64,000 nucleotides of DNA, taken from NCBI RefSeq assembly GCF_009914755.1, contig NC_060947.1; one strand, 5' to 3'. A program made the translations under genes and the position numbers. A model generated the notes under the pieces. That model saw nothing but the letters and a program-made list of their open reading frames with translations. It ran no database searches and had not been told where the DNA came from. Source of the stretch: the human T2T-CHM13v2.0 reference genome, Homo sapiens. Below, piece after piece: positions 15,479 to 29,349 of the stretch. Position 1 is the first letter of the stretch; every line of letters begins with the position of its first letter.

Positions 15479-15844
15479 TGAAATGGTTAGGCTTTGTGTT
15501 CTCACCCAAATCTCATCTTAATTTAAATCCCCAGGTGTTGTGGAGATACCTGGTGGGAAGTGATTGGATTATGGGGGCGGTTTCTCCCATGCTATTTTTG
15601 TGATAGTGAGTGAATTCTCATGAGATCTGATGATTTTATAAATGGTAGTTTTTCCTGCACTGACACACTCACTCTCGCCTGCTGCCATGTGAGACGTGCC
15701 TTTGCTTCTCCTCCACCTTCCACGATGATTATAAGTTTCGTGAGGCCTCCCCAGTCATGCAGAACTGTAAGTCAATTACAACTTTTTCCTTTATAAATTA
15801 CACAGTCTCAAGTCTTTATAGCAGTGTGAGAATGGACTAATACA
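15479..15844 (+). mobile_element. THE1D/MST-type MaLR solo LTR
   Basis: TG...ACTAATACA termini; 'cacccaaatctcatctt', 'gagatctgatg', 'gaggcctccccag'; TSD caagc / ctagc. Confidence 0.92.
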
Positions 15845-16180
15845 CTAGCCAAGATCTTATGGCTCTGCGTCAACCAGGTAGATAAGATTCTGGAGAGAAC
15901 AAGGACAATGCTACAGAAGAGTAACATTGGATGATGACAGATGATGACATGCAGAGAATTTTACTGAGCTCCTTATGCACTCATGAATAAGGACAGAAGA
16001 ATCTTAAAAAAAAAAAACTTCTGTGGACAGGACCATGGTGGAAAGAATACTCAGGAATGGTTCAGTATAAAGCATGTAACCACTACTCTCAGTCATGGTC
16101 ACTAGTAGAGGAGACACAAGTCTTCAATGCCTCCCTGAGGCTAAGACCTAGACTCTTACTATCCATTAAAATATTCTTAA

Positions 16181-17153
16181 CATCCTACAGGACAGGGGAA
16201 AATATTTGCGAACAATGCATCCAACAAATGGCTAATATCCAGTATCTACAAGGAACACAAACAACTCAACAAGAAAAAAAATAACCCCAATAAAAAGTGG
16301 GCAAAGGATATGAACAGATATTTTTCAAAAGAAGATGTATATGTGGCCAACAAACAGACAAAAAAATGCTCAACATCATTAATCATCAGAAATGTAAATT
16401 TAAACCACAATAAAATATCACTTTACACCAGCCAGAATGGCCATTATTAAAAAGTTAAAAAACAATAGATGTTGGCATAGATGTGAAGAAAAGGCAATGC
16501 TTATACACTGTGGGTGGGAATATAAATTAGTACTGCCACTATGGAAAACAGTATGGAGATTTCTCATGTAACTACCATTCAATCAAGCAACCCACCACTG
16601 CACATCTACCCAAAGGAAAAAATATCATTATATCAAAAAGACACCTGTACTCATATGTTTATCACAGCACTATTCACAATAGCAAAGTCATGGAATCAAC
16701 CTAAGTGTCCATCAATGGATGACTGGATATATATATATACACACATACATATGCACACACACACACACACACCACACACACACACACACACCCCTACTGA
16801 AACACTACTCAGCCATAAAAAAAGTGAATTTGCAGCAACATGGACGGAACTGGATGCCATTATCTTAAGTGAAATTATTCAGAAACAGAAAGTCAAAAAC
16901 CACACATTCTCACTTATAAGTGGGAACTAAACAATGAATACACATGGACATACACTGTGGAATAATAAAGGCTGGAGACTCCAAAATGTGGGATAGTGGG
17001 AAGGGGATAAGGCATCAAATACTACCTATTGGGTACAGTGTACACTATTCAGGTGATGTGTACACTAAAATCCCAGACTTTACCATTAAACAATATTATC
17101 CATGTAACAGAACTGTATTTAGACCTCCCAAATCTTTAAAAATAAAATAAAAT
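16181..17153 (+). mobile_element. L1PB3/4-like 3' end, 5'-truncated
   Basis: ORF2 C-terminal remnant (FITALFTIAKSWNQPKCPS); 3'UTR 'gggtacagtgtacactattcaggtgatg...cccagactttacca'; degenerate TSD aaaatattcttaa / aagatatgcttag. Confidence 0.88.
16727..16791. repeat. (TA)n/(CA)n compound microsatellite within L1PB
   Basis: Seen directly. Confidence 0.95.
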
Positions 17154-19892
17154 AAGATATGCTTAGAATAATGCAGTTAGTTAGCTTTATTATTCTCATC
17201 TAATTACTATCAATATGCTTTACTGAATGTAAAGCGGATCTTTATATTTTTATCTGTTTTTTCAGTGAAGTGATTAGCTCTCACTAAATCTCTGGATAAG
17301 TGCTTAGAATGCAGAGAGGCCTGCCAATTTCCAATCAATTCTGTTTGGCCTTATGGTTCACTGTTACTTGAACAAGCTAGTTATCAACAGGCAGTGTGAC
17401 CTTCAGTTTTATACTGGAAAATTGAAATTTTAAAAAGTAATATTGAAAATATCGAATACAAGGCAAAAGTAGTATTCATTTTCTTTGGGAATAATCACCT
17501 CTGAAGGGTCCAAAAACAGAGGGCAATGTTCCTGTAAGTATTATACTGTGTGACCATAAAACAAAGAGGAATTTTCAATATTGCATAAAGAGGGTGTGTA
17601 GTCAAAATAAAGGATTAATTGAGACCATGTATGTATACATACTATTGTGTTTTTCTGGGGTGGGGGTGCGGTTTGGCTGGGAAGTGAGGGTGCTACTCCA
17701 GTTCTTCCTCTTCACAGAGAAGTACATGTTTTAAAACTATGAGACACAGAAATTCAAATTAACTCATTCTTCTACTCTAAATACAAAGAAATGAAAGATA
17801 GTGTATAAAAGGAGAAGAGCAAAAAATATAGCTCGGTTCAAAGACAAGATTTAACATCTTTTTAGAATAGAAACAGAAAAGAGTCTGAAGCAGCTGAAGC
17901 AGTGAAGCAAATGGCATGCTGGGTTCTGAGTTCAGAAGCATGCGGTGTTACCCACGTCAGCTCCAGAGGTGTGTCCATGATAAAAGTGCTGGGAAGCAGG
18001 CAAGGTGAATAATACAAAGTCCTGATGTTGGGCCTTCTGAAAAAAGGTTACAGATTTGTAAGAAATTAGTGACCGGGGAAGAAAAGAGAACCAGGCATAA
18101 GCTCTTGGTAAGAGACCTAAAACACAATTATGAGCACTAAGAAATCAACACTAAAATGATAGTCCCAAACCCCTTGTATAATAACTTTTAAAGCACCGCT
18201 AAATACCTGATAAGTTAACAATTAAATTGCAATGGGAATTTAAAAAAAATTAGAATGTAAAGGTTGCAAAAGTACTACATACCAACATTTGTGGGATATG
18301 CCTAAAGGTATACAATGAGGGAAATGTATAACACTAAATGCCTTTATTCATTAAAGATGGAAAGATAAGTGAGTTAAATATTTATCTCAAAAAGTTGGAA
18401 AAAATAACATCAGACTAAATGTGAATAAAAGAAAAGGAAAAAGTAAAAAATAAGTACAGAAACTAGTGCAATAGAAAAAAGAAAGCACAACCAGCAAAAA
18501 TAAAACAAAAATCTGGTTTATTTAAAATGCTTGTAAAATAAACAATCCTCCAGTAAAACCAATAAATAAAGAAGGAGAAAAGGCAAAGGAAAAAAAAAAC
18601 CCTAATACTCAAGAGAAAATAAAGATACAACAAAAATGATAAAATCATAAAATAAGACCATAAACAATAGCATGCAAATGCATTTGAAAAACTAGATAAA
18701 AGGAATAATTTTCTAGAGAAATATAAATCACTAACATACTCCAAGGAAAAAATTAAAGAATGAAAAATAAACAATTGCCATTAAACAAATGAAATGTATA
18801 ATCAAAAGTCTCCCACTCACCAGCTCAGACAATTTTAAATGCAACATTTATCAGATTTTTGAGAAATAAACCCCTGTCTATATAAACTATTTCAGAGGCT
18901 AAAAAAGAAGGAAAGCTATCCGCTCATTCACTGAGGCTTGTGTAACTACGATACAAAAATCTGACAAGGGCAATTTGGAAAAGGATAATTACAGACTAAT
19001 TTTATGCAAAAATCCTTAAAAGAAATTACTGAACCATATCCAGCAATGTGTAAAAAATATAATACATCCAGGCCAAGTTGAGTTTATCCAAAAAATGAAA
19101 GGCTGCTTCAAAATTAAATAAATTAATTAATGTAATTAACTTAATTAACAAAATAACAAAAGCGAAAACATATGTCATTTGAATGGATGAAGAAATAGCA
19201 TTTAACAAAAATCAACTTCAGTGAAGTTCATTTAAATGTGATGAAGTAAATTCATCACACTTAAAAACCTTTTTTAGAAAACATAGCAAATTGGAAATAT
19301 AGCAGTAGTCCCTCAACTTCTTAAAGGGTATCTATTAAAAACCTGCAGTAAACATAATAATCAATGGTGTAATTTTGGAAGTCTTCCCATTAAAATCAAG
19401 ACAAAAACACCCACTTTCATCATTTCTATTTAAGATTTTAATGAAGGTCCAAGACAATGCAATAAAACAAGGAAAACAAATCAGATATAAAATGGAAAGC
19501 ATTAGACAAAACTGTCACTATTTGCAAAGGATATAACTGTCTACACAGAAAAATCCAAGTGAGTACAAATTATTTGAACTAACAAAATGTTTAGCAAGGT
19601 TTCTGGAAAGAAAATCAATGTACTAAAACCAATAACAAACTTCTATATGAGTAATAACAAATTAGAGAATTCAATAAGAAAAAAAAAGCAAGGTTCCATT
19701 TACAGTATTAACGAAGGCTGAAACAGAACCTAATAAATCTAGTAAAAGCTGCAAGAAACCTTTATGGAGTGAGCAAAAGTTATTGAAGGACATTAAAGAT
19801 TTGAACGAAAGGAGAGATAAAGTATGTTCATGAATTAGAAGACTGAACTTCATGAAAATATGAATTGTATTCAAATTAATCTGTAAATTTGA

Positions 19893-20146
<254 letters not shown>

Positions 20147-20790
20147 TGGCAAAGATTATTTTTAAGAAGACTCTTATGACTAAAAAGTAGCAAAATAAAT
20201 ACATTATATGGACAGGGAATTCTCAGACAAGAAAATCTGAATTGACGATAGACATGTGAAAAAGTACTTTACCTCACAAGCAATCAGTGGAATATAAATT
20301 AAATCAGTGTGGACCTATAGCATTGTGCAGACTGGCAAAAATTTAACCACACTAAATGTCGATACGGATATAGAGAATTAGGAATTTCACATACTGCTAG
20401 TAGAAGTCTAATTTTGTGTGCCTTGAAAAACAATTTGGTAATACCTAGTAAAGTTGAGGATATTCATGCTCTTCGACCCAGAAATTCCACTTCTAGATGT
20501 ATACTTTAAAAAACTCTCTCTCACACACAAATACTCATAAGAATATTTACTGCTGCACTGTTTGTAAAATTAAATTCTGGGAAAAGTCTAAATATCCACC
20601 AATAATGGAAGATTTGTATTTTCATCCAATAGATTCATTTTATATATTAACAGAATGAAATAGAGCCTCCCATTAGCATAGTTAAATCACAGAAATAAAG
20701 TTAAGAGACAAAAGAACATTGAAGAAGAATATGTGTTTAATGAAAACCTATATGGATGCTGTAAAAACAGTAAAACATACATAGAAATGA

Positions 20791-21083
20791 AAATTATCCT
20801 TCGCAAACTAATGCAGGAACAGAAAACCAAAAACTACATGTTCTTTCTTATAAGTGGGAGTTAAATGATGAGAACACATGGACATATAGAGGGGAACAAC
20901 ATACACTGGGGCCTATCAGAGAGTGGAGGGTGGAAGAAGGAAGAGGATCAAGAAAAATAATGGGTACTGGGCTTAATATTTGGGTGATGAAATAATTTGT
21001 ACAACAAACCCCAATGACACAACTTTACCTATGTAACAAACCTGCACATGCACCTTTGAACTTACAATAAAAGTTAAAAAAAA
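20791..21083 (+). mobile_element. L1PA13-like 3'UTR fragment nested in the old L1M
   Basis: 'gaggatcaagaaaaataatgggtactgggcttaatatttgggtgatgaaataatttgtacaacaaacccc'; A-tail. Confidence 0.85.
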
Positions 21084-21799
21084 TATTCATATATCAGAAA
21101 TGTTCACAATGAAAACAGGAATAATAGTTAACTTATTAAAAGTCTGCAACCAATAAAAAACAAAGAAAAATATCAAATTCAGGATATTGCTTACATCTAG
21201 GGTGAAAGAGGGAAGAATGGCATGGGGGGGACATAAGAAGTTTCAGCTTTGTCTGTAACGTTTTATTCTTGAAAATAGATTTAAAGAAAAGGTAACATGC
21301 TAGATTTGACATAACTTAGTGAAAGAATGATAGGTATGCGAGAATTTGCTATGTGAAATCCTGTGCATTTGACATATTTCATCATTAATAAAAATAATAT
21401 TTAGAGGAACACAGAAAATATTTCATTCAATGTTACTGAAATTTTTCTTCAGTTTAGGAACTAGCATAGCATTAAAAATGCACATTGAGTAGTGATGGCA
21501 GTTGGCTTGGGTTGGCCTTGAGGATGGCTGACACTGACCTTACAGGAAGTTCTTTCACTCTTCTTCTGGAGAGCTCTCTGGCTCAAGTCCATTGAAGTCT
21601 TACTTATATCCTGATCTATGTCCTATTTGATTTTCCTTAAATTTATTTAAAAACCACTTGTTTAGAATAGTTCTAATTTATCCTCAGGCTACATCTCAAC
21701 AAGAGCTGCCAAATTTCCCTATCTTGGAACCAGGTCTGTATTACATCAACTCTTTCCAATCTCCAGAGGAAGATATCCCATCTCTTCGCATCTCTTGTA

Positions 21800-21990
21800 G
21801 CACTTTAAAAGCAAAACATCCTAGCAGGGTTGTAGGCATACTTTTGGCCATTTTACAGGCGGGAAACCGAGACTCAAAGTGGTGCAGCAATGTGCCTGAG
21901 GTCACACAACACAGCTCATATTTGTCAAATTTGGGTTTCCAATTTAGGTTGGTCAGATTACAAAATCCATATTATTTCTCCTGTGCGAAG
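21800..21990 (-). mobile_element. MIR
   Basis: 'ccattttacaggcgggaaaccgagactcaaag...tgcctgaggtcacaca'. Confidence 0.75.
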
Positions 21991-23344
21991 TATTACTTAG
22001 TAAACCTCAAAACTATATTATACACTGCCCTGCTATTTTTATTTCCTGGAATGCACACAGCCAGTACAGTACAGAGAACCAGTAGTCTCCCCATAGGAAA
22101 CACAGGCCAAAGTTCACCACAGGCATCATTTAGAAGGCCAAGAGGAGACTGGCGGTTGTGTATATAGCTGTAGCCTGCCTATGGCCTATGCAAAAAGCCT
22201 TCTGGCAGTTGACACGTGGCCCAATCCAGTTCACCAGGGTAGGGCACTGATCACAATTTAGGACCAAAGCTACCAAGTAGGGAAACTTTGGATATGGTAG
22301 ATATTTGGAACAGGATTGAAGATCATAATCCTAACCTATTTACCGGCACAACTAAAAGAAAGAGATTTGCCTGCAAATTAGATCTGTGTCATTTGTATTT
22401 TCAAAGTGATTGAAGTTGGTAAGTGACCATCTACAGTATATCTGTTTATCTGTTACTTTTTAGCTAATGTGTATTTTAAGGCATTTTAAATATATTTATG
22501 TGGCATATCAATTGGTTAATCAAATTAATGTTTTGAGAGTTCACAGGCAGTATGAAGTCTTATTACTTCCTTCAAAGCACAGAATCGCAATTGGCTAGAC
22601 ATTCTCAAACTTAAATCCTAAAACATCCGAAGAAGGTCGGCGTTTAGGAACCCATGAGTCTCAAATGGACTTTCATGGGAAAATACATCTCTCATTCTTT
22701 ACCACATTGTTTTCTGTGCTCCATAAATTTGTTTACTCTGTTCTTTAGTTGGCCTACCAAAAACAATCAGCTCAAAAATATATCAAAATGAATTTAACTG
22801 CCAAGACAAAAAGACATTACATTTTTTTCTAGGTGTAAACTACCAAAATGGCTTTCTATATCATTCAGGATTTTATATTCTATAGTTTGTTAACTACATG
22901 TTCATGAAAAATGTTCAAGCTTATCCCTTCTTTTCCCCAGAATGCTTTTTCAAACTGTGTATGACAGATGTGAAAAGTTTACTTATCTTTACCTAAATAG
23001 TCTAACAGTTTTTCTGCTTAATGTTATCTGTTAACACATATTATATAGAGAATAACATTTTAGTAGTGTGAAAAAAATGTGAATTATTAAAAACAAAATG
23101 TCTAAATGTTAAAATAGTTTAATTAATGCAACAGTTGCATTAGTTTAATTCACAATGTTTCTTGCTGTTAAGTGTTACTAGTAGTGGTCCCTTAGGACAC
23201 TTAATGAGTAGATAAGAATAATTAGAATCTAATATATTGATTGTATATAAATGGATGCCTGAATAAAATATGTTTTGGATATATATTCCTATAAACGTTT
23301 AAATAACCAACCTAGAAATCTTGCATTAGTATATTAATTTTAAT

Positions 23345-23677
23345 TTTTTTCTTTTTCTACTTTTATTTTAGATTCAGCAGGTACATGTGCTGGTTTGTTA
23401 CCTAGGTATATTGCATAAAGCTGAGGTTTGGGGTATGACTGATCCTGCTATCCAGGTACTGGGCAGAGCAGCTAACAGTTTTTTAACTCTTCCCCTCCTC
23501 CCTCCCCACTCTAAGTAGTCCCCAGTGTCCATTGTTCTCATCTTTATGTCCCTGAGTATCTGATGTTTAGCTCCACTTATAAGTGAGAAGATGTGGTACT
23601 TGGTTTTCTGTTCCTCCATTAATTCACCTGGGATAATGGCCTCCTTTGCTGCAAAGGATATAATTTCATTCTTTTTT
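23345..23677 (-). mobile_element. L1PA16-like 3' end
   Basis: 'ttttagattcagcaggtacatgtgctggtttgttacctaggtatattgcat...gctgaggtttgggg...gtagtccccagtgtc'. Confidence 0.85.
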
Positions 23678-23888
23678 AAAATTTGAATCTTATTATAAAT
23701 TAATATAAATTAAGGAGTTGTTGCCATTTATATTGCTATATTAATTATATTGTTTCTTTTCTGGTTATCTTAAGTAAATGGCAATTGATCTGAGAAGTAA
23801 GGACATACATCTTTCCCTCTTCTAAGTCCCCTCAACTGAAATGTAAAAGATTGGTAACTGAATAAAATAATCTACAAAGAATTCTTTT

Positions 23889-24005
23889 TTAATTTTCATT
23901 TGTATTTTAAGTTATAGGGTACATGTGCAGATGTGCAGATTCGTTACATAGGTAAATGTGTGCCATGGTGGTTTGCTGCAGAGATCATCTCATCACCTAG
24001 GTATT
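23889..24005 (-). mobile_element. Very short (~117 bp) L1PA10-12-like 3' tip with a perfect 16-bp TSD
   Basis: L1 3'UTR terminus; TSD TACAAAGAATTCTTTT at 23873-23888 and 24006-24021. Confidence 0.9.
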
Positions 24006-24558
24006 TACAAAGAATTCTTTTAGGTCAGATTATATTGAGTTAATATAGCCTAATTCATCATCAGGTTGTTTTCAGAAACGAGATGGCATTGCTCCTCTGT
24101 GAACTTCATCCATTCATGATTCAGAACCTCTATCTTTAGAATTAAGTGTTTCTTCTTATTTTCCTACTTCTCCTAGGAGCAGATCACATTAATTTCTGAG
24201 TTCATTTTACTTTCCAACTTCTAGTACTTCAAAAATTTTAAACTGTGAACTAAGGGTTAGAAGACAAAACTAAGCAGATTTTTAAAAATTATAAAAGTAA
24301 TAGAATGTGTTCCATTGGTACTAGAAGGGCAAGGAGAAGTGAAAGAAAACATTAATGAGTTTAGGTATCAAAAAATATTCCACTACCTAAAAGAGATGAA
24401 GAAACAATAAAAGAAAATATGTGGATGAGAGAACAAACAAGAGATTGAGATGGTGGGAGGCGGGGTGGTAGAGTGAGCAAGACAGAGTATTATTTTCCAG
24501 CTAGATTATGGTAACAACTTCCTAACTAGTCACCAGTCTCCAGTATGTTCCTTTTTAA

Positions 24559-24858
<300 letters not shown>

Positions 24859-25362
24859 AAATTCATCTTATATTCAATAGCCAAATTCGTCTTAAGACTT
24901 CCATGATGTTATAACCTTATACAAAAGCCTTTGGAAGTAAACTGTTGATTATAGGATCAAGTTCAGCTGTCTACAGTCTTGCTTACTACTACCTATTCAA
25001 ACATCCCTTGTACTATCCCCCAGACAGTTTTCCAAACCAGTCAGCAAGGTTTCCTCCAAACAGTGTTTTATTATTTAATTTTGCTGCCCTTATTTACAGG
25101 GGCTGCCACTCTCCCATTTACTTTGGTAAACCTATTTATCCTTTAAGCACATCCCAATACAATAAATTATACAGCCCAGCACAACACAGCCTCACGTCCC
25201 AGAGCCCTAATGTACTAGTATTCTGTCCCAAGGATTCTTGCATGTGATTTTTGCTCTGCTTAATTATTCTCCCATTGTCATGTTGCATGAATTCATTCTT
25301 TCAGAAAATATTGATGGAGGGTTGTCTATCATGTGCAAACTGACATCCATGATGCTGTAAAA

Positions 25363-25560
25363 CAGTGACTCTCAATTGAGGGAGCACTTATCCCAAATTT
25401 GGAAAGGTGTGGAGGTAACTTCGGTTGTTACAGTGACTGGGAGATGCTACTGACATTTATTGTATAGGGGAAAAAGATAATAACGATAACACAATGGGGT
25501 GGGCCACTCCCATAATATGAAGAATTCTCCATCTCAAAGTGTGAGTGTGGAAGACCCCAA
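25363..25560 (+). mobile_element. MER20-family hAT-Charlie element
   Basis: 'cagtgactctcaa...ggttgttacagtgactgggagatgctactgacattt...gaagaattctccatctcaaagtgt'. Confidence 0.65.
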
Positions 25561-26379
25561 GATGAATTAGACATGGCTCACAGTCTCAAAGATGTAAGTT
25601 TTGAGTTCAAAAGGAAGATGAGATGAGTATCATATATGAAAATGTTTTATCTCAACATGTAAACTATTTTGTGTCAGGACTGTGTTGGTTATTTTCCATG
25701 AATTCCTCATGGTGTCTTGTACTAGGCTGGACACATGACAGATACTAGGTAAAGACTTACTGACTTGACCCATATGAAAAAAACCCCAAAAACTCAATGA
25801 GTACTATGTAGAGAAACAGTTCTACAGATAATCATGTTATCCTCATTGTATTTTGAAATTGATAAAGAAGACAAAGCTGTGACGATACAGCCTGCTAAAC
25901 CTCTTGAGGGGTGACTGTGAAGTTGAGAGTAGAAAAAGCAGCCTCTTACAGTAAGTAGCAGGAGGAAGGGAAGGACAAAGGGTTGGCAAAGTGTGAGAAG
26001 CTACAGTTCCTTCTTTTGAACCATGAGTTTGCTATGGAACATTTTACCGTTTTGATATGGAACATTTTACCGTATACAGATGGGAGCTGAATAGCTGCAG
26101 ATTTGCTTTTTTTTTTTTCCACATCCTCTTCCTGACTGCAACAATCACAACTTGCATACATGGCAGAAGAAAAATTTACTTTGCTCATCTACACAATATT
26201 CATTTTTTTGTTTATAACCAAATGTTATTCATCTGTACCTCTTTTTGGGCTGCAACAGTTAAATAAAATAACATGACATATTTTTATTACACATGTAAAC
26301 AACAGAAAAATACATACATGCTTATCTAAGAATACCACTTTGGATGTCTATTTTGCCTTTCTTCTAAGGCAACATAACC

Positions 26380-26545
26380 TTTTTGCATTTGCCCTTACAA
26401 CAACACTGTGAGACAGACAGCATCATCCCATTTTATAGCTGTAGAAACCATGGCCCAGAGAAATAAAGCAACTTGCCAGAAGTCTCAGAGTCTGTGTCAA
26501 GGCCTGGACTAGAAGCAAGAGCTCTTGACTCCCTAGGCAATGTAT
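26380..26545 (-). mobile_element. MIR
   Basis: 'cccattttatagctgtagaaaccatggcccagagaaataaagcaacttgcc'. Confidence 0.75.
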
Positions 26546-27747
26546 TACTCAGGAGACTACCATTGTTGCTTCACAGACAGGAATACTCATTCAGGAAAAG
26601 CAACAAATCTACATACCATCCAAGATGCTAGACTTGAGCAATCTGTTTGGTTTTGCAGAATTTTCTATGTTACACTGCTCTTAATTAACTATATACCAGA
26701 GGAAGTGGGGACCAAAAATTGCCATTTGCAAAAGTTAGCATTAATCTCCACTGCCCGACAAATTCTTGCTCAGTAAGTTACCTTGCTATAAAGGTACAAG
26801 TTTGGGACCTGTGCCTTTAAGTACCAGGGGAAATAATAAAAATTTTGATCAAAGATCACTGGGAGGCTTACAGCAAACTCGCAAACTAACAACAGTCCAA
26901 CAGGGATGTAGGATCTTCTCTAACAGACAAGAAAGATCCTGTTACATGCAATATAATGCTTTTGAATAAAAATCACAAAAAGTAGATTGATCTAAAGAAG
27001 ATTAAATTTTCACTCACATCTTAGTTTTGATACATTTATCAATCCTTAAAAATTAAATATACAAATGTTAACTTCAGAGATATCCACCAGAAACCAGAAT
27101 TAATAGAAATTCTAATTCACTTTGTGGAAAAAGGAAAATGCAGTTGACTCAGAAAACTAGATATTGGATGTCTAGTACATTTTTGGGTAAAACCTCCTAT
27201 GCCTCTCAGGCCATCCTAGGGAACCAACTAAATCTAACCTTTATGACATCACTTCAAATAGACTATAGCCTGTTTACGGGCAAGGAGAATTTCTTATAGG
27301 CCCACCATTAGATGTAATGATATAATGCATGTAAAGTGATTACTCAATGCCCAAAATATACTAAATAACTAACAAATGGAAGTTTTAAATATTTTCATTC
27401 ACTATAGTGACAAGCACAGTGTTTGGATATAGGAGGTGGTTAATGCTTATACATACTGCTATTTGGCTTCTATTTTCCAGATAAATAGAATGCTCTCTGA
27501 TTTCTTAATAGTAAAATAAATGGAATTTACTAGAAATGGTATACCTATATTTGGAAGTATCGGGAAGTGAGTATGGATAGCATAAAGGCCAGTGCTGGTC
27601 TTCAAGTCCTATAATTTTAAATGTATTTCCCAGATTTTTTGTAGAGTTGATAAGAGCACCAAGAGTCCATTATGACTCAAATGCAGTTGATACTCTGCTA
27701 TAACAACCAGAGAAAAGCAACTGCCAAGCTTATTAAGCTAGTAAATA

Positions 27748-28265
27748 CAGCAGATCATTGGAATTTATGGATTTAACATTTGCAATTTTGACTATTCAGG
27801 AAGTGACTCCATGAGTCCATGACCTGTAGTTACGTGTAATGTTGCTGACACCTAAATTTGGATCTTTGGTGTTGAATATAACTAGTGAGTGAGTTGGCCA
27901 ACTGCCCAACATCCAAAACTCTGCTCTTCTATACTTGTTGGGGGTATATGCAGCAACTCTACTGAAGTGATGACAATTAACTTTAATTCTATGTGAAAAA
28001 ATGGCCCTGAAAAGAAAAACACAACTGCTAGTGATAATGCTAGCAGTGAAAAGGAAGTGCTAGTTCTTAGCCAGAAAATGGCTTTGTAAATGACTTTAGT
28101 CTTGTATTTATAGAACCATTAATGGTCTGAAAAGGGTCTGTTAAATTTTTCAGTTATACTTTACTGCCTTTTATGAGGGAAATTATATGCTAGAGTGATA
28201 TTTGAGGCTGTGGGGAGTCAAAAAGGTCTCAGGGCCTATCCCTTGTGAATGGAGAAGGTGTGCTG
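27748..28265 (+). mobile_element. Ancient Tigger (Tigger13a-like) internal-deletion derivative
   Basis: TA|CAGCA...TGCTG termini; 'ggatttaacatttgcaattttgactattc'; relic transposase start 'atggccctgaaaagaaaa' and 'gttcttagccagaaaat'. Confidence 0.65.
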
Positions 28266-29349
28266 TCCTATTGTGATGCTCCATCAGAAACAATAGCATG
28301 TCACTCTCAACAAGCTGATAAAAAATATTATGGGAACTCTGCTATGTGTTATCTCTCAGGCTACTCTGGAGACTGAGGGTTAGTAATCTGGTTATAAGGA
28401 CAATTGAATCATTATTAAAATTCCACAGAAGCAATTAAAATGCACGCTCTCACTAACAAAAACTGCAGGTCCTTATTAATTGACATTTCACAAACAGAGA
28501 TGCCTTTAATCTTCCCTAAATAAATGTAAATGTATTCTTTAAGTCATTGCAACATTATGTGGCAGTTGGCACTTCGTCAAAATTTTCTATTTCTACCTGA
28601 TTTCTCTTTGAATGTAATTTATGCCTGTTGTTGCTTTTGTTATATTCATTTTAAGGAAGTATTTGTTGAAAGCTCAAGCACTGTATCTTTTAAAAGAATT
28701 ATTTTTCACCCTAAATAAAGCATCGTGGCTTTGCAACGTATTTGTGTTGATTTTTAACAGCCGAGAATTAACAACACACTTACGTTTGAAATGCTTGTGA
28801 GTTAAAGTGTCAAAATGTACCAAGAATTGTAAAGGGGAGACATAAAGACAAAGACTGTGTAGAGTTTGGCTTTAATAGTGTTGGGCAGAGTTTAAGGCAA
28901 AATCTATTTGTATTCAGATGCATTGTAATACCCACCAAAACTTGGATCATCTATAAGAATATTGCAAAGGCCAACTGGGACTTGATGCTTTACTAACATG
29001 GGTGATTTCTACTTACAGAGAATTAAAAAGATAGGAAACCTCTTTGGCAACCTATGACATAAAATAGTCTTTACTTCTTCTACCAGATCAATGCTGTGAA
29101 GCATGCTAATTTATTTTTCTTTTCAGCGGTACCATCAGGCTTCCACTGTGTGCAAAATGACTTAATTTGAATACAAAAGTGACTGCTTCAGTAGTGGCTC
29201 ACTCTGGACTCTTGACTTCTCCCAAAGAGTTTAAGTATTATGATTCCAGTCAACACCTTCCTGATGAAGTAGGCATAATCAAGGGTGCAAAGGCAGGAAG
29301 TAGTCAAAGGAAGAGCTTAAACATCATTCTGTGCTAGTCCAATGAGCAA

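Noticed and set aside
21658-22167. 169-aa + strand ORF
   Set aside because: TTG start, overlaps an antisense MIR, no recognisable domain.
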